Positions 14,001 to 26,099 of a stretch of DNA of 64,000 bases are shown here, in pieces. Every line of letters begins with the position of its first letter. Positions within the stretch are counted from its first letter, which is position 1. The position numbers and the translations under genes are program-made. The DNA is taken from NCBI RefSeq assembly GCF_000143415.4, contig NW_003314353.1, forward strand, positions 123,483 to 187,482, given 5' to 3'. The notes under the pieces were generated by a model. That model was not told the origin of the DNA, did not search any database, and saw nothing but the letters and a program-made list of their open reading frames with translations. Origin of the DNA: Selaginella moellendorffii (lineage: Eukaryota; Plantae; Lycopodiophyta).

Positions 14001-14346
14001 AGGCATGATAGCGAGGGTGTTTAGCAGACATGGTAAGTTATCATCCAGCGATATTGAGGGACTAATCTCAATACGCGAGGGTTCTTGTCACTAGCCAGTG
14101 CAAGACATAATGAGACGGGAACTCCTTACCGGGCTAAGTACGCTTAGTTAATAACACGTAGGAATTTCGTCCTTATGCTCATCTGGTCTAAGTACACTCA
14201 AAATGCCCAGTTAACTCCACTAGCACAAAAGGGGCTGATAAAGGGTCCAGTAATACCGACCTCCTGCCGTTGTGGCAGTAAGGAAAAAGTGTCCGTAAGG
14301 ACTGGCTAACAGGTAACTTTCGATACCCGAAGTCACATTTGCGACA
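8079..14346 (-). mobile_element. LTR element C (non-coding, LARD-like), internally rearranged
   Basis: Intact 5' LTR 13237-14346 (minus strand TGTCGCAAAT...GCGCTACA) with decayed PBS TAGTATTAGAG beside it. PPT AGGAGGGGGAGAG plus the first about 135 bp of the other LTR lie inverted at 10305-10455. The LTR terminus TGTAGCGC recurs at 8079. Imperfect TSD GGAGA/AAAGA. Confidence 0.7.
8085..8444 (-). mobile_element. Second copy of the TRIM interior with LTRs almost entirely deleted
   Basis: 8091-8439 is colinear with 2810-3155 (PPT to PBS TGGTATCGGAGC); only GCTACA and TGT remain of the LTRs. Confidence 0.85.
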
Positions 14347-16119
14347 AAAGAGTACCCATGAGGCTCATATAAAGCCACGGTGTTCTGAAATGTTGTTCCA
14401 AAGTCCCAAACTATGGAAAGAAAGAGGATAGTAGGACTTAATGGTTAGTTCTGTGAGCCTTGACCCAGTGGCAGTGTTGGTGAACACGGCCATGGACAGA
14501 AAGGGATTCGTTGGGGACTGAAAAAGGGTATTAGGGAAGGCTATCCCCCATGTTTGTGTAAGTTACAAATTTTTCCTTTCCAATTTGTCAGCTTACCTCA
14601 TCTATCCGACCAACATTGCCTTGGCTTTAGCTAAGTTCCCTCGCCAAGGTTCCCGCCTATGGTACCAGCTCCTACTTGGTCTTACTTGGTTTCAACTACT
14701 CACTGCACAAGCAACGGAGTGTTAGCCACCCATCCATAGATTCCCAAATCTCTCCCAATCTCCCTCCCCGGGTTAGACTAGACTTAAGGTTCGGCTACAC
14801 TCCCCACAGGCACAAGCAGCCAAGCACACCAAGCCTCCAGGTTCCTAACATCCTTTGGTACCACAACACTTGATCATGGGACCCTCTAAATCCCAAGTCT
14901 TGGGTGCAACACATGCCTCGGGACGCTAGCGCGAAACACCGTGGCCTAACGGCCCAGCATGGGTACCTCTACCCCCCCACTTCCATCCCGAAGGGAAGGC
15001 CCAAGCCCCTAAGAAGGGCGAGGACCAATGAGCCGTTAGGTACTCAAGTGGGGCACCACTCCACATGAGTCGAGAGCACTACAGTCAGTTTCCCTTTCGG
15101 GAGTGGGAGTTGCTCTTGAGCACTTCCTTGGGTGACCCCTCCGGCACCACCCGAGTCCATGCTCACTCCCACCCAAGGCCCTTCGGTTCCAGTCTGAACC
15201 TCAAGTCAGTTTAGAAGCACCACTGGAGAGTTCTTTCAAAACTGGTTCCTAGACCTCACTATCCCTACTATACTTTTGGAACCCCCTAAAGGCCCCCCCC
15301 CCCCCCCCCCCCCTGGGAGACGCACGCTTTGGGCTTTCACCCCTTGACCTGTATTAGTACTCGGACTCGGTCTCGGACTCGATCGATCTCAGACTCGATC
15401 TCGAACTCGATCTTGGACTTGATCTCGAACTCGACTTCAGACTCAACCTCGGACTCGGTCTCGGACCCGATCTCGGATCTCGGACTCTGTTTCGAACTCA
15501 GTCTCGAACTTAGTCTCCGAGTTAGCCTTGGACTCGATCCCGGACTCTATCTCGAACTCGGTCTCAAAGTCGGTCTTGGACTCAATCTCAGACTCGGTCC
15601 CATCCGATGAACTCTTTGTCATTTTGGTCATACTTTTGGGGATCCTTTAGCCTACGACACCTCGGGGAGTTGGTTCCTTACAACTCCACCACCCATAGAA
15701 GAAGTTCAATGCCCATATCAAACGTCTCTTTTTTATCCTTCGACTTGTTGACCATGTCTTTAAGGGCATCCCCCCACTTAGCGGTGTGTCTAAATTAGCC
15801 TCCCCGGCCAAGAGCCCATAACAATGGAATATAGGTGTCCCTATACCCCTCACCCCACCACGCCCTAGTATAGGGTTGGGACTTGAACCCAACCTTGCTT
15901 TACTAGAGGGTTGGGACTTGAACCCAACCTCCATAGAATACGTTTATGGATTTGACATCCCCGTGGGGAGTCGGGTGTAGTTCTCTACGCCTGGTCGACC
16001 TAGCTAACCCATGCTAATTAGCTTACCTTTGGCGTGCCTTCGAGTCCCAACATATGCCATTGCTCAACTTCATAAATTTATACTTTAATTGAACTTAGCA
16101 TAAGTACATAGAGTTCTAC

Positions 16120-19100
16120 CTTGCAGAAATTCCTCCACTAGATCTCGCGCGTTTGCTAGGTTCTCCTTTGGTTCCCATGTTGCTTCACAGTGTGGAAATC
16201 CTTTCCTTCACATGGAACTCTCTCACTTCGCGTCCTTGTTGCTTGCTCTTGCACGCATTGAGGATGACTTCGACTTTGTATTCCTCCTCCCCTTGGATAA
16301 CCTCAGGTAAAGGTCTTACTTGGTCCTTGCGAAGCGGATCCTCAAAGTATGGCTTGAGTAAATTCACATGGAACACTAGGTGCATCATCCCCATCTTGCG
16401 AGGATGTCAGATACAGTAAGCCACTTTACCGATTCGTGCCTCAATCTCGTAAGGCCCCACAAACCTGCTCATGGAACTCAAGATCAATTCATTTCCAAGA
16501 ATACATGCATTTTTACCTTTGGGTCAACTTTCGGCTGATCCCACTTGGTAGCCTGAGGTTCTTGGTGTTCAGCCACACCTTCTCCCCAGCTTGGAACTCT
16601 ACATCCCGACGCTTCTGGTTCGCGTACTTGGTTTGCCTTTGTTGAGCCCGTTCCAAGGAATCCCTTACTAGATTCCAAATGTTGAGTCTTTCTGCCATGA
16701 ATGCCTCCACTGCGGGTAACTCTCTATGGTACTCAGCCACACTGAGTTCCATAAGACCTTCAATAGCTCGCCCATTGATGACTTCCCATAGACTCACCTC
16801 GATACTCAAATGTGGTGAGTTGTTATAACACATTTCCACAACTCCCAAATGACTTACCCAATCAATCTAGTCTCTTGAGACATAACATCACAAATAATCC
16901 TCTAGCTACCTATTCACCCTTTCCGTTTGTCTGTCTGTCAAGAGGTGTTAGTGCCATCAAACTTGATTTAATACCCCATACCTGTCTGTGGGTGATAGGC
17001 TGTGCTAAATTTCAACTTGGTGCAATACTGTTCTACATGAGTTCTCTAGAACCTACTAGTGAAGATCTTATCTCGATCTGAGATGATCTCCTCTGGCCTT
17101 CCCTGCACTCGAACCACTTGTTCGAAGAATAGCTTCGCCACACCTTCCGCATCCACTTCCGTTGTGGTGGGTATGAAATGTGCTATCTTCGAGAATCGGT
17201 CCACCACCACAAATATCGCATCGAACCCCTCACTTTGGGGGAATCCCATGATGAAGTCCATCGTAAGACATTTTTACTAAAAATCACTTTTCTTCTTTAT
17301 CAAACTCCTCACCACCTTTCATCAAAGCCACCACCAATTCCTGCAACTTCCGCGTCCCATATCTCCTTTCTTTCACCAGACAATCAGGACTCAAGGCTCT
17401 AGCGCTACTGGACTCAGGTGCAACTTCCTGCTTTATGGACACGGACTTTGCTGCCCGACATCACGTTCCTCTTTCTCCTATCATACGGGATCTGAGGGTT
17501 GAAGGCATCGGCGGGCATTTTGTGTCTCCATCTTCTGGACTTAGGGAAACGTTGCCCGTTCGAGTACACATCGGGTCCACCATCACCGATATCGCCTTCA
17601 ACATCATCAATAGCAAGTCCTCCTCTGTGGTGCTCGGTCTTCGTTGGTTTCAACTACATCAGCCTCAGATCTGTTGGAAGGACTTACAGCTCATCTCTCC
17701 CACATCAACATCATCTCCCACGGCTTCCCCTGCTGTTCATCGAGTCCGAATCAGGAAAAGTTCCCTAAACTCAAATCAGGGTTTTGTTCCTGACTCTACG
17801 CAGTTTTCACCCTCTTCTTTTTCCTCTTTTCCATCTTACACTAGACAGTATCCTCGTCTCATCACTCCATTCAGTCGTACACCTCCTCCTATCTCCACAA
17901 TCACTATGAAAGAACTCCTTCATGAAGAACCTATTTTCCTTTTTGCTTTGCATGTTTTTCCTGTCAGTCTTCCTGAGAAGTATCATGATTTTGGGGATGT
18001 GTTTGACAAGAAAAAAGCTAGTGTACTGCCTGTTCATCGGCCTTATGACTGTCCCATTGATTTACAGGAAGGAGCGTCACCTCCGTGGGGGCCTATCTAT
18101 GGGTTATCCCCATCTGAGCTTAAGGCCCTCAAAGAGTACGTGGATGAGAACCTTGCCTCGGGGTACATTCAGCATTTGCAGTCCCCGGCTGGAGCACCTG
18201 TCTTCTTTGTCAAGAAGAAGGATGGGAGTTTGCGGCTAGTTATCGACTACCGAGGTTTGAACAAGGTGACTGTTCGGAACCGTTATCCGCTGCCCCTGAT
18301 CTCGGACCTATTGGAACGCCTCGGCGGTGCCCGCTTCTTCACCAAGATCAACCTCCGTGGAGCATACAACCTGATCCGGATCCGGCCTGGTGACAATCTG
18401 GAATTGGGATGTTTTGTAACAAGCCCCCACTAGCTTTAGTCACGGATTTGACCTGCTGACATGTTAAACATGTCTTTACATAGTCTTGGACATCCTTAGC
18501 CATATCTGGCCAGTGGTACTTCCTCTTGAGTAAGCCCATCGTCTTGGGCACTCTGCCGTGTCCCGCAAGAGGTCCGTCATAACACTCTTCTAAGGCTACC
18601 TTCCTTAGTTCCCCTTCTAGAATATACACCCTCGTTTATTTGTAATAGATGAGTCCATTGTGTTTTGCTTAGCCCGTTTTCTCTTCCATTGGCAGCTCAC
18701 CTCTCTAGTGAGCTTCCCGCACCTCTAGATTCCTCAGCAACACTTCTTGTGCTAGACCATCTTTCTCATATACTATCCGCACATCACCTCAAAAGGTCGC
18801 TGTCGCGCTGGATATCACCAACTTCAAGCTCCCTTTTTGACTTAGAGCATCCGCCACAATGTTGCTCTTCCTAGGCTTGTATAGAATCTCGCAATCAAAC
18901 TCGGCCAAAGCATTGGCCCACCGACCCTATTTCCCTCTCAGGTCAGGCTATGACAAGAAGTGTTTCATTGCCACATTGATCGTGTAAACCTTGAAGTGTC
19001 TCCCAAGGTAGTGTCGCCACTCCTTGAGTGCCTTGACCACCGCAAACAATTCCTTCTCGTGGGCAGGCCACTTCCGTTGAGCCTTGTCCAATTTTTTTGA

Positions 19101-21963
19101 GAAGAACGCTATTGGATGTTTGTCTTGCTTCAAAACTACGCCTAACGCAAAGTCTGAAGCATCCGTTTCTACCTCAAAATCCTTACCAAAGTCTGATAAC
19201 GCCAACATGGGAGTCTTCCTCAACTTCCCTTTGAGGTGGACAAATGCCACCTCGCATTCCACTGTCCATACCATCTTCCCTTTCCCGTTTGGTCTATTAA
19301 GATCAAGGCCACTCTTGAATAGTGCTTGATAAACTTTCGGTAGTGGTTGCATAGCCCCAAGAATGCCCTTAACTCGTGTATATTTGATGGTCACTCCCAA
19401 TCCTGGATCGCTTGGACCTTCTCAAGGTCCACCTTGAGCCCGTCCTTGCCCACTACATGCCTGAGAAACTTTACCTCTTGTTGAACAAAGCCACATTTGC
19501 TCTCTTTAGCATACAGCTGGTGTTCCCTTAGTTTCTCAAACACTTTCGTTAAGTGTTCGGCATGCTCCTCTAGCGTCTCACTATAGATCATAATGTCGTC
19601 AATATAGACAACCACGAAGTGATCTAGATAGGGTACAAAGATGTGGTTCATCAATGCCAAAAACATTGCCGACACATTGCATAGCTCAAAGGGCATCACC
19701 AGAAACTCGAAACTCTCATACCTTGTTCGATAGGTTGTCTTCTTGACATCTTCATCTACTACCCTGATTTGGTAATATCCTGACCTTAGGTCAATCCTCG
19801 AGAAGTATTTTGCCTTTCCCAACCTATCGAACAAGTCCTCAATCCTTGGCAAAGGATACTTGTTCTTCTTTGTATACTTGTTGAGCAACCAGTAGTCTAT
19901 GCACATGCGCATAGATCCATCTTTCTTTTTCACAAATAACACCAGTGCTCCATACGGCAACTTGCTCAATCTAACATACCCTTTGTCCACCAACTCCTCT
20001 AGTTGGCACTTGAGCTCCTCAAATTCCTTTTCGTTCAAACGATAGGGGGGACAAACCACCACCTTAGCACCCTTGACCAACTCAATCTTGTGTTCTATTG
20101 GTCGTGCGGGGGGCAACCCCACCGGTAGCTCCTCTGGCATGGTATCCTGGAATTGGTCCAACACCCGCTAATCACTAAAGGTACTTCTTCCGTTCCCGTC
20201 TTTTTGTCACTCTTCACCGAGAGTAAGCACAAAAATGCTACCTTGGTTCCTTTAGTGAGTTGTCCTCTCATAGACACCAGGTTTAGGCAGGAATCTTTAG
20301 CCTTGCATTGCCCTACCTTTAGATCTTAGGCCTCCACCCTAGATCTTTCTCTTTGAGCATTCGCTAGTACCACAAGGTTCCTACCTTGTCCATGCATGGT
20401 TACCACGAATCGATTGAATCAATCCATCCTGAAGATTATGTCAAATCCTGCCATGTCCAACACGATGAAATCCATGTCTACTTTCCATGTCCCCACTTCG
20501 ACTCTCGCTTGTCGAAGTATCTCATCGGTGCTTTGGCTACCTTGAACAAACTCTATCGTCCTTGATTCACCCAGCCGCTACACCTTTAGTCTGGCTTGCC
20601 GGACTATGTCTGCAGCCACAAAATTATCAGAAGCACCCATGTCAATAAGGATCTTAACAAAGCTACCTTCGAGCTTCCCTCAGAGGGCTAGTAGATGTCG
20701 CGAACGACTCTCTACTAAAGTTTCTCATGTAATGAGTAACTTTGAGTTAGGGACTGGATCACGTACCTCAGTTTGAATTTCACCCGACTTAATGGCCATA
20801 TTGGCTCTGGCCTTCTTCGGGTAGGGACATTCCCTTGAGAAGTATCCTGCTTCACCACAGTTGTAGCATATATTGTTTCCCACACTGCTAGCCAACTTGC
20901 CCTTTTTATCCGTGGGTTTGTCTCTTTTTGCTTGACTCCCCCACATACTTGCTCGCTAGCCACCGGATTTGCCTTTCCGGAACCCCAAGGACTCATTCTT
21001 AGAGAAACTCTTTTTGAATTTCCCTTTGCTATATGTTCCCCTTGGTTTGGCCCCTTTGCTAAATGTGGACCCTGACCCCGTCGTGTTCCCTTTTCGCAAG
21101 TTATTGTTAAAATGCACTTTGATAGCCGCATCCAACGCTTCCTTGTAGTTGGTCGGGTTCCAACGCATCACCTCGCTGCAAGCCTAGGTTTGCAAGCCTG
21201 ATATGAAGGCATGGAACACATCCATATCACCCATATTCGTGACCAGTATCCTTTTCGCCATAAACCCATTCACATACTCTTGAATGGTTCTGGTCTGCTT
21301 CAGCCTACTCAACTCATCCCTCAAGTGCAGAGTAGCATTCGGAAGAACATATGTCACGCGGATCCTCACCTTCATCATTTCCCAAATGGTCAGTGGTCCT
21401 TTGTTGGCCTCTGTTGTTCTCCACCAAGACTTGGCATTATCTGCCAAGTATGGTTTTGCACATAGAACCTTCTCCGAGCTTGGTAACCGCAATACTCGAA
21501 AGTAGTCCTCCATATCGTAAAATGAATCCTCCACCACCTTATAGTCATTCACTCCCTTGAAGACCGGTGAGGGCTTTGGTTTGTATTTCGGAATTGCTTG
21601 AGGGACTGATTCCACTTCGGTTTGTTTGACCTTGTTTGGTTCTGCCTCAATCCCTACCGAAGGGTCCGCACCTTCTGCACTGCCAGCATCCGCAGTCTTT
21701 TGCTTTTTCTTCCGCTTTTCGTCACGCTTTAGCTTGCATACGAAAGTCTCCAGCAGGGCATTGGTCTATGCCAATTGTCCTTCTAGAACGTCCAATCGAG
21801 CCTTGGACAATTGAACCTCGCCACTAAACTCCTGTTTGGAAGTTTCCTCACTAGAGTCCTCCTCATGCAAGGATTCCTCATTAGCCTCTTGTTCAACCAA
21901 AGGCTCCAACTCTGGTGAAGGTTACGTCTCCGCCTTGGTTCATTTACGCCATGCCTTTGCCAT
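16120..21963 (-). pseudogene. gag-pol of element B (frameshifts and stops)
   Basis: Gag (21184-21615); zinc knuckle CYNCGEAGYFSRECP; protease LIDMGASDNF near 20630; RT with YIDD (19391-20164); RNase H ETDASD..HEKEL (18948-19400); integrase H..CLTC and MDFIMG..VVVDRFSK..SDRD; chromodomain EEEYKVEVIL. Confidence 0.92.
17273..18394 (+). mobile_element. Captured protease-RT fragment of a different Gypsy element (Tcn1/fungal-chromovirus-like), inserted antisense in the integrase of B
   Basis: Open frame with [63 protein letters not shown]; no LTR or TSD; the host integrase IPIPDC / CLTMDF resumes on both sides. Confidence 0.85.
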
Positions 21964-23449
21964 CTCCTAGCAATCCGCCTCTATCCTTCGCTAGAACTGA
22001 GGAAAAGGCTCTAATACCAAATTGTAAGCCACAAATTTTTCATTTCCAATTTGCCACTATCCGACCAACACTGCTAGCTAAGTTCCCTCGGTAAGGTTCC
22101 CGCCTATGGTACCAGCTCCTACTTGGTCCTACTTGGTTTCAGCTACTCACTACACGAGCAACGGAGCGTTAGCCACTCATCCACGGATTCCCAAATCTCT
22201 CCCAATCCCCCTCCCCGGGTTAGACTAGACTTAAGATTCGGCTACACTCCCCATACAGCCAAGCACACCAAGCCTCCAAGTTCCTAACATCCTTTAGTAC
22301 CACAACACTTGATCATAGGACCCTCTAAATCCCAAGTCTTGGGTGCAACATATGCTTCGGGACGCCAGGGCAAAACACCGTGGCCTAACGGCCCAGTATG
22401 GGTACCTCTACCCCCCCACTTCCATCCCGAAGGGAAGGCCCAAGCCCTAAGAAGGGCGAGGACCAATGAGCCACTAGGTACTCAAGTGGGGCACCACTCC
22501 ACATAAGCCGGGAGCACCGCAGTCAGTTTCCCTTTCAGGAGTGGGAGCTGCTTTTGAGCACTTCCTTGGGTGACCCCTCCGGCACCACCCGAGTCCATGC
22601 TCACTCCCACCCAAGGCCCCTCAGTCCCAGTCTCAACCTCAAGTCAGTTTGGAAGCACCATTAGAGAGTTCCTTCAAAACTGGTTCTTGGACCTCACTAT
22701 CCCTACTATACTTTTGGAACCCCCTACAGCCCCCCCCCCCCACCCCCGGGAGACGCACGCTTTGGGCTTTCACCCCTTGACCTGTATTAGTACTCGGACT
22801 CGCTTTCGGACTCGATCTCGGACCCAACTTCGGACTCAGTCTCGGACTCGATCTCGGACTCGACTTTGGACTCAACCTCAGACTCGGTCTTGGACCCGAT
22901 CTCAGATCTCGGACTCAGTCTCGAACTCAGTCTCGAACTCGGTCTTGAACTCGGTCTCCAGCCTCGGACTCGATCCCGGACTCTATCTCGAACTTGGTCT
23001 CAAAGTCGGTCTTGGACTCAATCTCAGACTCAGTCCCATCCGATGAACTCTTTGTCATTTCGGTCATGCTTTTGGGGATCCTTTAGCATACGACACCTTG
23101 GGGAGTTGGTTCCTTACAGTTTGCAAGCATCTTAAGGATGCTAAGGAGTGGATCTAGGATAATCACTCATGGACAAATAGCCTAATATTTGAAAGACAGG
23201 ATTGTAATGTAAGTGGTATTGGATCACTAGTGTGATTAAAGGGAATGGGCATGGCCTTAGCGTAACCTGCTGATATGTCAGTGGTACCTTTGGGTGTTGG
23301 TCATAGGATTAGACATATGGAGCATTTGGACCAAGTGCAAAAGTTGAATGCATTCTTGGGGCTAGCAAGCCCCAAGTCCGAAATAAGACTTATGGAGGTT
23401 ATGGTTAAGTGACTAAAGTAGAATGGAAAATTTAGTCAATTACAAAAGA

Positions 23450-24700
23450 AGTATCCAACAGTAGTTATAGATGCACTAACAAGAGCATCGACTTCCACCT
23501 ACGGAGTCAAATAGTTAAAAGCATTAATGACATAATGGAAAAGGCCTCATCAGATCAAATACCACTAACTAAAATAGATGGGAAACTAAAATTGACTCCA
23601 ACTGTTCTTTTGTAGTACGAGGGGGAATATTACAAACTTGGCACCAAACACAGCTATTCACATATAAGATAACATTATGTCGTATCTTCGGTAATATAAA
23701 AACTTATTCAATTTTTCAGTCATACAGTGATGTCCCATTTACCTATCTAGAATAGGAGAATCATTGTAAATATGGAGAAAACGTGGAATAAAGATCAAAG
23801 GCACCACAAATCATAAATAAGCACCAAAATCTATCCTTATAAAATAAAGAAAATCATCTTCAAAGTGGTATTGAAAATGTAAATGCCGAAAGGGCAACTT
23901 ATTAGCAAGTGATGTAAGATTTTCAAACTCATTGCAAATCTTTTGAATCCACGGCTCAACTTTTTAAGTTTTATGAACTTTGTCAAGAAATGGTAAATTT
24001 TGGTTTACAACTTATGAACATGGAATATCAAGTATAGCAACTATTGATGGCATAAAATCCTTATCTAGAAAATTCACAAAATGTTGAAACAATAGATTTG
24101 TCAAAAACATAAAAAAAGAGTAAAGAAGGAAAAGGAGCTTGAGAAATGGTATTATCATCAACTATAGAATTCCTCAGACATATATTTGAAGCTTCAAAAC
24201 CCACCAAACAATATAACTAACTAAGTTCTTTTATTTTAATAATGAAATAACTACAATATAATCACCTTTTAGTTATATCCAAAAACCATGTAAATATGCA
24301 TGAAATTTCTCGAAACCCCAAACCACTACTAAACATTCTTTCTCTGTCATGGAGTAGTTCACCTCCATTAATTATAATATATGGCTAATATATGCAATAG
24401 GATGGTGTTGAACAAACATGTTTTCTATCAACACACTTCCAAAATTAATATCATAAACATCCACATCCAAAATGACAGCTTGAATGTATTTAGAATATGC
24501 CAAAATTAAAAGAGTTGTTAACAACTTTTTAAAATTTGTAGATGCCTACTCATAATCTATAGATTAAATAAAAGATGATGTTGACAACTTCAACAATGCT
24601 TACAATGGGGTAGTATGATCATAAAGATGATCAATGAAACAACTAAGATATTGCACCTTACCTAAAAAACATTACACATCATTCACACACTTCAGAATAA
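23450..24700 (-). pseudogene. Continuation of the old Gypsy pol relic (RNase H / integrase zinc finger)
   Basis: Minus strand near 23625-23665 reads YVNSCVWCQVCNIP (integrase CxxC); contiguous with 1-1221 once element A is removed at its TSD. Confidence 0.5.
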
Positions 24701-24879
24701 ATAACTTTGAAAACAAATCAAAAAACCAAGTTAAATATTAAATATTTTCAAAGGAAATGGAAATAGAAGTTCTTTTGGCACCCTCTCCTCAGCAGCAATA
24801 TCCTAGACATCACACTCAAGCAAGCTTGCAGGCACTCTTTGAAAATTACCAATATTTTCTTGGAATGGCTTTAGTAAGA

Positions 24880-25385
24880 CGCTTGGCAGAAGGACCAGCT
24901 CTAACATTGAGAAGAAGGGCTATGAATCCAACACGATGGTCGCACTCTTCTCCACATGTATAGCAAGTGTCAGAGCTGCAGCAAGCCTTCAATGGGAGAA
25001 CAGGGCCGTCATGGCAGACGATTGCCATCTCCATGTATGCCCAGTCCACAAGCCTTTGCAACTTTTTGGGGAGATGGGTCAAAGAAATAGCGCCTGGCAA
25101 GATTGATGCTTGCTCAAGTTCTTTGGAGTTGGAGCATGGAATGTTTTGCGTCGAAGAACTCAGCCATGAGTCACCTCCTCGTGGCCACTGCTCTCCTCAA
25201 CATGTGTGAGTGGTGTAGAACTCTATGCTTGATGTTGCATGGTAAGCTTATTCATTCGTGTGTTGTTGAGAGTGGCTATCACGAGGTTCCTGACGTTGGT
25301 ATTTTCCTTGTGAACATGTACGAAAAGTGCAATGCGGCCTTGAATGCTTTCCAAAGCTGGATCCGGTTCTATGGAACACTTTGAT
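24880..25385 (+). pseudogene. PLS-class PPR gene fragment
   Basis: Remnants LLVATALLNM.., HGKLIHSCVVESGY..VGIFLVNMYEKC; shares nucleotide blocks (GAAGGGCTATGAATCCAACAC..CTCTTCTCCACATGTATAGCA) with 32143-32195. Confidence 0.7.
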
Positions 25386-25439
25386 CGCAGCATATGCCAA
25401 CACAAGCAATATAGTAGAGTTTGAATACCATTAATCCCG

Positions 25440-25965
25440 GCATTCGTTGCTATTGTCTCAGGCCCAGATATCACGGAGATGAACTTGATGGCTGTGTGAT
25501 AGTCTCCACAGACTCCCAAGTTCTTCATGATCTTCAGTGGCAAAGCCCAAGCTTCTCGCTGTGATAGGTCCTTTTGCTCCTCCTCCACGCCGTGAGGCAC
25601 CATCTTCGTATCTGGGACGTAGTCGGCATGTCTCATCTCCCTTGGCAGCGCTGCTCCTCCAGCTTCGCAAATCTCCGCGGCCTCTGGCCCCCCACCGCAA
25701 ACTCATAAATTCTCCCGCCTAGCTCGACCTAGCTCCTGCCTTTCTCCTTTTGCAAGCCTCTCTCTGCCATGGCCTGCTGCAGCGCTGGCCGGTCGAGAGA
25801 ACCGTGGACTCTACATGCGAGTCATCCACACGCTGGCCTCGGTGTCTTGTGGCAGCCGGTTTATAAACTCCTCGGCCTCGTCCAGTCGTCCCAGGAGATC
25901 GATGATGCAGCCGTAGTGTGCCGAGCTTGGCTTCACGTAGGGAATGGTGATGTAGCTTCCGCCCT
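25440..25965 (-). pseudogene. PPR E/E+/DYW domain fragment
   Basis: YVPDTKMVPHGVEEEQK, YHSEKLG (in another frame), PLKIMKNLGVCGDYHTAIKFIS; frameshifted and CxxC broken. Confidence 0.85.
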
Positions 25966-26099
25966 CACATCGCGTTGTTGCATTTCGTAGCTTTGATCTT
26001 CTAGAGATTTAATGCATTTTGGAATGCAAACTACAGCCTTTAAAAACATGTTTTTTTAGTTTTAACCATGCTTTTTCCTCATGATCGAGCTTTCTTTCG

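Larger units (their letters stand above)
14557..23118 (-). mobile_element. Ty3/Gypsy chromovirus B, full length but mutated
   Basis: LTRs 14557-15682 and 22023-23118 (TG..CA); perfect TSD GTTTG (14552-14556, 23119-23123); PBS TGGTATTAGAGC (22008-22019); PPT GGGTGGTGGAGT next to 15682; order gag, CCHC, PR, RT, RH, INT, chromodomain. Confidence 0.95.
1222..23444 (+). mobile_element. LTR retrotransposon A (Gypsy-type, decayed or non-autonomous), host of several nested insertions
   Basis: 5' LTR starts TGTGAGACAC at 1222; PBS TGGTATCAGAGC at 2631-2642; PPT GGGTGGTGGAGT before the second LTR at 7131; 3' LTR ends ..GTCAATTACA at 23444; flanked by TSD AAAGA (1217-1221 and 23445-23449). No intact ORF in the internal region. 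Confidence 0.88.
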
